This document shows positions 57,357 to 64,000 of a DNA stretch of 64,000 nt, piece after piece (the stretch's first letter is position 1; each line of letters starts with the position of its first letter). The stretch lies in assembly GCA_002405835.1 (NCBI GenBank), contig DHMO01000045.1, positions 34,062 to 98,061 of the forward strand, in the 5' to 3' direction. The position numbers were made by a program, and so were the translations under genes. Origin of the DNA: Lentisphaeria bacterium UBA4640 (GTDB lineage Bacteria; Verrucomicrobiota; Lentisphaeria; Victivallales; UBA1829). The notes below the pieces were generated by a model that was not told where the DNA came from, ran no database searches, and saw nothing but the letters and a program-made list of their open reading frames with translations.

Positions 57357-58943
57357 TCAGTGCGCTTTTTTCATCCTTGCCAGCTCCGCCGCACGGCGGA
57401 AATCGGCGCGCATGGAATCACGCCACTGACGCTTGGTCCGGGCGATGTCGACGGCGGAACGCGTTTCGGAGCGCCGCAGACTCTGCGCGGCGGACGCGGC
57501 GTCCTCATATTCAAACGGAAGACGGTTGAAATATTCCATCGCTTCGGGAACGGCGGCGGGACCTCCTGCGTCGATGATCGCTTTCCAGGCGTCGCGGAGT
57601 TCATCCAGGCAGTCCAGCATGATGGTCCGCAGAACCACGCGGAGGAGCGTGTAGTAGCGGCCGGTCCATTCGGGATGATAGGTGAAAGAGGAGCCGGACG
57701 TGTACGGGTTGTAATCCGGATCGGAGCGGTATGCTTCGAACTTTTTGTCGTAGAGATCTCTGCGGATCGGCGGACGGCGCAGCGCGCTGCGGAGCGGTCC
57801 GCCGGGAGTTCCGGGATTGAAGCACATGAGTTTCTGACCTTCGGGCGAGAGCAGGAAGACGATGAGTTCAACGGCAGCTTTGCGGTTCGGAGCTCCGCGC
57901 AGAAGCTGAATCGGGTCGGGAGAGACGGCGGTTCCGCCTTCGGGGGCGACGTAGTTGAAATGCGGTTTCCCGCGGAATTGAACGGAGCTCCACTCCCGTT
58001 CGGTCAGACCGTAGGTGTCGATCGCCATTCCGGCGGCTGCGGCTCCGGCGGCGACGTCGCGCGTGACTTTGCCCGCACTGTCCGTGATCGTGAATGCGTT
58101 TGCGATGATCCGCTTGATGAGGTTGAGTCCTTCATGCCAGCCGCGTGTGGGTGAACCGAGTTCCGCCATTTTCTGCTGAATCATGATTTCAAAACATTTG
58201 TTGATGGAGCCCGATTTGCTGGGGTCGCCGATGACGATTTTGTTGAAAAAGCGCGGTTCACCGAGATCGGCCCAGCGGCGCGGCGGGGTTTTGTCCTCCA
58301 GTTCCCGGATGCGGTCGAGATTATAGCAGAGCCCGAAAGTGGAGAGGCAGAGCCCGTAGTAACGCCCTTCAGGATCGTAGAGCAGTTCGCCGCCGAACGA
58401 CTGCGGAATGATTTCCGGCGCGAGGAGCTCCGGATGGAGTTCTTTGATTTTTGCGTCGACGGCGAATCCGGCATTGGCGTTCCGGGCTAGCTCAAATGTT
58501 CCGCCGCCCGCCATGAGGTCGATGCCGATGGAGACGTCCGATTCCAGGAATGCTTTGCGTGCGGCGAGTGCATCCGCGGGTGCGCCGGGCTTCTGGTCGC
58601 GGCTGAACGCGGCTGCGGTGCGTTCGTTCCAGGGAAGACCGCGCTCGGTGCAGTAGCGCCGGAACTCCGTCTGATAGCGGTCGGCGATGTAGCGCATGAT
58701 GTCGGAGGTCCCGCCGGGGGAACGGTAGTCGAGAACGATATCGCGTCCGAATTTCCTGCGGTAGTGTTTCCGGAACGCCTGTTCCCATTCGTATTTAATG
58801 CTTTCGCTGTGCGGAGTGATGATGACCAGGCGTTCGGTTTCGTCCTGCGGGATTTCCGTTTTCGGCGCGGTCGGACGCAGGAGAAACGGAATGGCGAGGA
58901 TGCCTGCGAGAACCAGCAGGACGGGGAGTGTTTTCAGATTCAT
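57357..58943 (-). CDS. Extracellular solute-binding protein (Fe3+/polyamine-type PBP fold) with a C-terminal extension; orphan
   Basis: The start is at MNLKTLPVLLVLAGILAIP (signal/anchor). RLVIITPHSESIKYEWEQAF...DYRSPGGTSD is typical of family-1 SBPs. The start overlaps the AraC stop (ATGA). Confidence 0.7.
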   Translation of the reverse strand: MNLKTLPVLLVLAGILAIPFLLRPTAPKTEIPQDETERLVIITPHSESIKYEWEQAFRKHYRRKFGRDIVLDYRSPGGTSDIMRYIADRYQTEFRRYCTERGLPWNERTAAAFSRDQKPGAPADALAARKAFLESDVSIGIDLMAGGGTFELARNANAGFAVDAKIKELHPELLAPEIIPQSFGGELLYDPEGRYYGLCLSTFGLCYNLDRIRELEDKTPPRRWADLGEPRFFNKIVIGDPSKSGSINKCFEIMIQQKMAELGSPTRGWHEGLNLIKRIIANAFTITDSAGKVTRDVAAGAAAAGMAIDTYGLTEREWSSVQFRGKPHFNYVAPEGGTAVSPDPIQLLRGAPNRKAAVELIVFLLSPEGQKLMCFNPGTPGGPLRSALRRPPIRRDLYDKKFEAYRSDPDYNPYTSGSSFTYHPEWTGRYYTLLRVVLRTIMLDCLDELRDAWKAIIDAGGPAAVPEAMEYFNRLPFEYEDAASAAQSLRRSETRSAVDIARTKRQWRDSMRADFRRAAELARMKKAH

Positions 58944-59797
58944 TGCGCGGGAGTTCCTTTCTGATTCTTGTAACTGTCCGGGCTGCATTTATGATAGTTT
59001 TTGAAGGCGCGGGCGAAACTGGTCGCGGAGACGTAGCCGAGGCGTTCGCCGATCTCCTTGCAGGTGAGAGCGTTGTCGCGGAGCATCCGCCGGGCGACGC
59101 GCATCCGTTCTTCCGTGGCGTAGACTCCCGGGGTGATTCCGGTCTGGGCGCGGAAGACGCGGGTCAGGTGTTCACGAGAGACCTGGAGTTTTTCCGCAAT
59201 GGCGGCTATGTCCAGTTCCCGTTCCAGATTTGTGGAGATCAGCTCCTGCGCGGAACGGACGAGTTCGGCTTTCGGGGAGAAGGTCTCCTTGTATTCGAGG
59301 TTTTCGCCGAACAATGCGAGCGCGTCGGTGACGATTTTCGCGCCGGCGGTCGGCGTGAGGTACTGGAACGTATTGTTCTGGCTTTTATAAGATTCGAGAT
59401 GGCGGACGAATCCCTTGTCGGTCGGGATTTTGAATGTGTAGCCGTAACGGTGGTTGATGTCGTCGATCATTTCCGAAACATATTTCCCGTAGAATGAGAT
59501 CCAGATGAAAATCCACGGTTCGGAAGCATGCCCCGGATAGTAGTACGCGGTGTCTTCATCGTGCAGTTTCGCGATGAATGTTTCGCCGGGGAGCAGCCGG
59601 GTGATTCTGTCCTTGTACCGGAATGCGCCTTCGCCGGAGAGCGTTGTGACGATCTGAGCCTCGCCCTCTTCGGAACTGCGTCCGGCGCCTTCCAGGTGAT
59701 AGACCGGAGATTTCTGCACTTCCAGCACGATTTCATCGGGAATTGGCAGGGATTCGATGGGTTTCAATATCTGAAAACGTACTTGCCACAGTCTCAT
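58940..59797 (-). CDS. AraC-family transcriptional regulator
   Basis: It has a cupin-like N-terminus and a C-terminal HTH pair (IAAIAEKLQVSREHLTRVFR...IGERLGYVSATSFARAFKNYHKCSP). Confidence 0.85.
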   Translation of the reverse strand: MRLWQVRFQILKPIESLPIPDEIVLEVQKSPVYHLEGAGRSSEEGEAQIVTTLSGEGAFRYKDRITRLLPGETFIAKLHDEDTAYYYPGHASEPWIFIWISFYGKYVSEMIDDINHRYGYTFKIPTDKGFVRHLESYKSQNNTFQYLTPTAGAKIVTDALALFGENLEYKETFSPKAELVRSAQELISTNLERELDIAAIAEKLQVSREHLTRVFRAQTGITPGVYATEERMRVARRMLRDNALTCKEIGERLGYVSATSFARAFKNYHKCSPDSYKNQKGTPAQ

Positions 59798-59928
59798 ATT
59801 CTCTTCTCGCTCACAAAGTGTAATGCCATTATCACATATTGTATACTAATACATCCTTGAAGAGAAAAATCAAGCGTTTATATTAACTCTTATCCGAAAA
59901 ATATTACTCACAAACGGAGGATTTTATT

Positions 59929-60666
59929 ATGAGTCAGAAAATCAGAGTCACGGTCTGGAACGAGTTCCGCCATGAACAGAAGGACGCGAAGGTCCAGGAA
60001 GTCTACCCGAAAGGCATTCATCAGGCGATTGCCGACTTCCTCGGCAAGGAGGCTGATATCGAAGTACGCACCGCCACGCTCGATGAACCTGAAAACGGTC
60101 TCCCGCAGGAAGTGCTTGACAACACCGACGTGCTGTTCTGGTGGGGACACATGGCGCACGGCGAAGTCGCTGAGGAAACCGTCGACCGCGTGCAGAAGCG
60201 CATCCTTTCCGGAATGGGACTGATTGTTCTTCACTCCGGACACAAATCCAAAATCTTCATGCGCATGCTCGGCACGACAGCGGACCTCAGATGGCGCGAA
60301 GTCGGTGAACGGGAACGCGTCTGGGTTGTTGAACCCTCTCACCCGATTGCCGCCGGTCTTCCCGAACATTTCGAGATTCCGCACACCGAAATGTACGGCG
60401 AACGTTTCGATATTCCCCGTCCGGACGATACCGTTTTCATTACGTGGTACGAAGGCGGCGACGTCTTCCGCAGCGGTGTGACCTTCACCCGCGGCAGCGG
60501 ACGCATCTTCTATTTTGCTCCCGGACACGAGACGTTCCCGATCTACTACGATCCGACTGTCCAGAAAGTTCTTCTCAACGCCGCCCGCTGGTGCGCCGCC
60601 CGCGTCACCACTCCGCTGGGATGCCGCCATGTCGAGGAACTTGAAGAAATCAAAAACAAAATCTGA
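59929..60666 (+). CDS. ThuA-domain protein (trehalose-utilisation-like)
   Basis: 245 aa. [10 protein letters not shown]...[13 protein letters not shown]...LHSGH...[11 protein letters not shown] is the ThuA signature. Confidence 0.85.
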   Translation: MSQKIRVTVWNEFRHEQKDAKVQEVYPKGIHQAIADFLGKEADIEVRTATLDEPENGLPQEVLDNTDVLFWWGHMAHGEVAEETVDRVQKRILSGMGLIVLHSGHKSKIFMRMLGTTADLRWREVGERERVWVVEPSHPIAAGLPEHFEIPHTEMYGERFDIPRPDDTVFITWYEGGDVFRSGVTFTRGSGRIFYFAPGHETFPIYYDPTVQKVLLNAARWCAARVTTPLGCRHVEELEEIKNKI

Positions 60667-60677
60667 GGAAAGCAATC

Positions 60678-61760
60678 ATGTCTGCAAAACTGAAAGCCGG
60701 TGTTATCGGACTCGGAATGGGCGGAGGACATCTCTCCGGTTATCTCTCGCATCCGGATGTTGAAGTCGTTGCCATTGCGGACCGCCGTGAAGACCGCCGC
60801 GCGCTCCTTCCCGAGCGCTGGCCGGAATTCAAAGGCAAAGTCTACACCGAAGGTATCGAGATGATCAAAAATGAAAAGCTCGACATTCTTTCGGTTGCCG
60901 TTCCGAACGATCAGCACAACCCGCTGACGATTGCCGGGCTTGAAGCCGGAGCGAACGTGCTCTGCGAAAAGCCGATGGCGATGAATGCGCAGGAAGCCCA
61001 GCAGATGCTCGACACCGCGAAGCGCTGCGGCAAAAAGCTCGGAATCGACTTCTCCTACCGCTTCAACCCGCAGTCCCGCGCGATGAAGGCGATAATTGAA
61101 GAGGGCGCGCTCGGCAACATCTACTATGCGCGCAGCGTCTGGTTCCGCCGCGCCGGAATCCCCGGTCTCGCGTCCGCGAACTTCAACACCGGGGCAGGTT
61201 CGCCGATGGGGTCCTGGTTCTTCGACAAGAAACAGTCCGGCGGCGGCCCGCTGATCGACCTCGGAGTGCACCGCCTCGACCTCGCTCTCTGGCTGATGGG
61301 CTATCCGACCCCCGTCTGGGTCATGGCCAGCACCTACAGCAAATTCGGTCCGAAGTGGGCAAAGGCACAGGGACTCGACTACTCCGTTGAAGACCTCGCC
61401 TGCGCGATGATCAAATTCGACAACGGAACCACGCTTGAGCTTGACGCTTCCTGGGCATGCAACATCAAGGAGAAAGAGCTCCAGACCATCCGTCTTCTCG
61501 GCGACAAGGGCGGCATGTACCAGTTCAACCTGGAAGAGGGCTACACCTACGACGTCGAGTATTACTCGCAGATTGCCGGACGCGATTTCGACAGCCGGAT
61601 GCACACCGCTCAGCCCATGCCGAGCGCGTTCCATCTTTTCGTCGATGCGGTCCGCGACGACAAGCCGTTCCTCGTCCAGCCGGAAGAGGGCGTCACGGTC
61701 ATGAAGATTCTGGATGCGATCTACAAGTCCGCCGCCAGCGGCGAACCGGTTCGCGTCTGA
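60678..61760 (+). CDS. Gfo/Idh/MocA-family oxidoreductase
   Basis: It has LKAGVIGLGMGGGH (Rossmann), an EKP motif (VLCEKPMAM) and a C-terminal alpha/beta domain. Confidence 0.9.
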   Translation: MSAKLKAGVIGLGMGGGHLSGYLSHPDVEVVAIADRREDRRALLPERWPEFKGKVYTEGIEMIKNEKLDILSVAVPNDQHNPLTIAGLEAGANVLCEKPMAMNAQEAQQMLDTAKRCGKKLGIDFSYRFNPQSRAMKAIIEEGALGNIYYARSVWFRRAGIPGLASANFNTGAGSPMGSWFFDKKQSGGGPLIDLGVHRLDLALWLMGYPTPVWVMASTYSKFGPKWAKAQGLDYSVEDLACAMIKFDNGTTLELDASWACNIKEKELQTIRLLGDKGGMYQFNLEEGYTYDVEYYSQIAGRDFDSRMHTAQPMPSAFHLFVDAVRDDKPFLVQPEEGVTVMKILDAIYKSAASGEPVRV

Positions 61761-61784
61761 TTTTTCAGTCAGCCGGATAAACGA

Positions 61785-61811
61785 ATCCCCGCCTTGCGCG
61801 GGGATTTTTTT
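61785..61811. terminator. Rho-independent terminator shared by convergent genes
   Basis: The stem is ATCCCCGC / GCGGGGAT with a 5-nt loop, followed by TTTTTTT. Confidence 0.8.
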
Positions 61812-61819
61812 GAAAAAAT

Positions 61820-62818
61820 TCACTTTTGTGAAGAGATCCGATATTCTCTTCCGGCGAATATCTGATGATCTTTCCGTTTCATCAGTTTCCGTCTGATTTT
61901 CATTTCAATGTATTCATAAAGTTCCCCGTAATACGGATTGTATTTTTTTATCTGTTCCGGTGAGACTGCTGCGCCGGGTTCTTTCGGGAAAAGACCGGAG
62001 GGAGTGATGAAAAAGGCTTCCGCAGTTTCTGCGGAAAGTCCCTGCATGGCGTAAAGTTTGCGGCGGAAAAAATGGAGATACAGGAAGTTGTCGTACAGCA
62101 CCTCTCCATCTTTCAAATACGCTCTGCGGAGTTCTCCTCTGTCCCAGAAAAACAGCTGATGAGGGTAGCTCTGCGCTGGTCTTGGATATTCCACCGAGGA
62201 ACGTGCGCGGAGAGAAAAGCGGCGGCTGAGCCAGCTGATATCCGCAAAATCAATTTTGTTGAAGAGCGGGAATTTATGGTGCGCGTAGATGGCGTAGATC
62301 CCGGGCCACTCGTCGAAACAGAAATTCTTGTCGATTGACAGAACGTCGTGCCAGTCGTATTTTGCTCCGTCGAGGAAGAAACGGCGGGAACATTCCTCCG
62401 TATTCCGGTAGAGGGAAAGGTGTCCGAGCGGATAGAGTTTGTCGTATTTTTCGAGCATTTCATCCGTGACGAACCGGGAAAAATTGCCGAGAAAGAGATC
62501 AATGTCGAGATGTCCCCAGAAATCGTAAGCGGTCAGGTCATCCTGAAAAATCAGACCGTACAGCGGCTTGTAGTCGCAGAGTTTGTAGGGGTGTTCGAGT
62601 GTGAGTGCGGGAAAATCCAGTTTTTCCGCTGCAAGCTGCCGGACCGCCGCGAGAGTCGTTCTGCGGAATTTCATGTTTTGCGGAACGTTTTTCGGTTCCG
62701 GCTGATCGGTATAAACAAGGAAGTCGACCGACGGATTGGTTGCGCAGGTTTTCATCCAGAAGGGGAGCCAGAGCGGAAAGGGACCGAAGTAACAGACGAT
62801 CAGAACATTTTTTTTCAT
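61820..62818 (-). CDS. Hypothetical glycosyltransferase-like protein (resembles DUF6625-type capsule-locus proteins), low G+C
   Basis: The start is at MKKNVLIVCYFGPFPLWLPFWMKTC. YKLCDYKPLYG...YDFWGHLDIDLFLGN recalls a family seen in polysaccharide loci. The family name is from memory and unverified. Confidence 0.5.
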   Translation of the reverse strand: MKKNVLIVCYFGPFPLWLPFWMKTCATNPSVDFLVYTDQPEPKNVPQNMKFRRTTLAAVRQLAAEKLDFPALTLEHPYKLCDYKPLYGLIFQDDLTAYDFWGHLDIDLFLGNFSRFVTDEMLEKYDKLYPLGHLSLYRNTEECSRRFFLDGAKYDWHDVLSIDKNFCFDEWPGIYAIYAHHKFPLFNKIDFADISWLSRRFSLRARSSVEYPRPAQSYPHQLFFWDRGELRRAYLKDGEVLYDNFLYLHFFRRKLYAMQGLSAETAEAFFITPSGLFPKEPGAAVSPEQIKKYNPYYGELYEYIEMKIRRKLMKRKDHQIFAGREYRISSQK

Positions 62819-63032
62819 GAGAGACTTTCTTTGGTTTGGTTTTGTTTCAGAATATACCTTGTCAACCACTCTTTTTCAAGCGGAAGAGTTAAAAACTTCC
62901 GCTTGAGTTTATAAGTGTAGATATTTTAATAGATGATATAATTAAAATATTAAAATAGTTTTTCCGGTCTCTTGATTTTTTGCGTTTCGCCTGTATAGTA
63001 CGATATTTTATCAAAAAATGGAGATTGAACGG

Positions 63033-64000
63033 ATGAAAAAACGTCTGCCAATGATTATTCTGGCCGTCGTCGTAATCGGCGCGGGATACTATTTCTATAA
63101 ACAAAGCCAGCAGTCGGAGCTGAGCAACGATCCGCGCTTCGCGTCCGGAAACGGGCGGCTTGAAGCGACTGAGGTCAGTATTGCCTCCAAACTCGCCGGA
63201 CGCATTGAGAAAATCATGGTGGATGAGGGCGATTTCATCACCGCCGGTCAGCAGCTCGCGCTTATGCAGACCAATGTGCTGCGGGCGCAGCTTGCACAGG
63301 CGGAGGCGCAGCGCAACCAGGCGGAGAAAAACGAACTCAGCTCCCGCGCTCAGATTCAGGTGCGTTACAGTGAACTCGAAGCCGCCAAAGCCACGGTCCT
63401 CCAGAAGGAGAGCAAACTCGACGGAGCTTCCAAGAGCTATGAGCGTTTCAAGAAACTGTTCAAAGCGGATGCCACGACTCAGCAGAAACTTGAAGACGCG
63501 GAGACCGCTTATCTCGCCGCCAAAGCCGATCTTCTTCAGGCTCAGGCAAGTGTGAAAGAGGCGGAAGCCGCAATCGAAGTCGCCAAAGCCGGAGCGGAAG
63601 CTGCGAAAGCGACTATTCAGGCGGCCGCGGCGGATATCGCACGCATTCAGGCGGATATTGACGACAGTCTGCTGGTTGCGCCGCGTGAAGGACGCATCCA
63701 GTACCGTATTGCACAGCCGGGGGAAGTGCTCTCCGCCGGCGGCCGCGTTCTCAACCTTGTGGATTTGACCGATGTTTACATGACGTTCTTCCTTCCGGAG
63801 GAGGCCGCAGGAAAAGTGCGGATCGGCTCGGAAGTCCGTCTGCTTCTTGATGCGATTCCCGGCTATCCAGTTCCCGCGAAAGTCTCGTATGTTGCGAGTG
63901 TGGCGCAGTTTACGCCGAAGACGGTGGAGACCCGCAGCGAGCGCGAAAAACTGATGTTCCGCGTGAAGGCGCGGATTGCTCCGGAGCTGCTGAAAAAATA
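63033..64000 (+). CDS. HlyD-family secretion/efflux adaptor (YbhG-like), 3' end outside the window
   Basis: The frame is open from ATG 63033 to the window end. It has an N-terminal TM segment (MKKRLPMIILAVVVIGAGYYF), a lipoyl-like motif (KLAGRIEKIMVDEGDFITAGQQLALM), a long coiled coil and PREGRI...GEVL. Confidence 0.85.
   Translation, partial: MKKRLPMIILAVVVIGAGYYFYKQSQQSELSNDPRFASGNGRLEATEVSIASKLAGRIEKIMVDEGDFITAGQQLALMQTNVLRAQLAQAEAQRNQAEKNELSSRAQIQVRYSELEAAKATVLQKESKLDGASKSYERFKKLFKADATTQQKLEDAETAYLAAKADLLQAQASVKEAEAAIEVAKAGAEAAKATIQAAAADIARIQADIDDSLLVAPREGRIQYRIAQPGEVLSAGGRVLNLVDLTDVYMTFFLPEEAAGKVRIGSEVRLLLDAIPGYPVPAKVSYVASVAQFTPKTVETRSEREKLMFRVKARIAPELLKK

Noticed and set aside
59815-59845. 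Apparent palindrome TGTAATGCCATTATCACA in the AraC/ThuA divergent region.
   Set aside because: On checking the reverse complement, the arms do not actually match beyond 3-4 bases.
1-64000. CRISPR arrays, tRNA/rRNA genes, IS elements, integrases and prophage boundaries.
   Set aside because: By-eye inspection of all intergenic gaps (the largest are 206-250 bp) found no spacer-repeat periodicity, cloverleaf-capable sequence, or transposase/integrase-like ORF. A computational scan (tRNAscan-SE, Infernal/Rfam, CRISPR finders, ISEScan) would be needed to make this exclusion firm.

Overview
This is a 64-kb, G+C-rich chromosomal segment with about 55 tightly packed protein-coding genes, many joined by 1-4 nt start/stop overlaps. 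I found no rRNA, tRNA, CRISPR array, transposase or integrase. Housekeeping genes are present: the purH 3' end, recD2, asnB, clpB-grpE-dnaJ-smpB, pdxB, aspS and hemW. They are interleaved with regulator-linked carbohydrate modules: IclR with an enolase-superfamily dehydratase, RraA-like protein, GH10 and SDR; LacI with GH3; fucI; two AraC-linked modules; and ThuA with Gfo/Idh/MocA. Efflux and channel genes (MATE, HlyD/FUSC, MscS, EamA) and an OlsB/OlsA-like aminolipid operon are also present. A type IV pilin-like protein of the H-X9-DG/DUF1559 style, together with the overall gene content, suggests a PVC-superphylum bacterium (Lentisphaerota- or Kiritimatiellota-like); this is inference only. 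The most notable unexplained content is as follows. (1) An orphan, translationally coupled three-gene operon at 5710-8283 has no domain I can recognise, and its last gene is AT-shifted. (2) A pseudopilin is translationally coupled to a 906-aa exported glycoside-hydrolase-like protein. (3) A 648-aa GH42-like protein keeps the Cys4 zinc motif, but by my by-eye alignment it has Asp at both catalytic Glu positions. (4) A third, CobS-like membrane gene is fused into the aminolipid operon. (5) A Shine-Dalgarno-sequestering hairpin lies in front of clpB. All functional calls rest on motifs read by eye from the translations; no database search was run.
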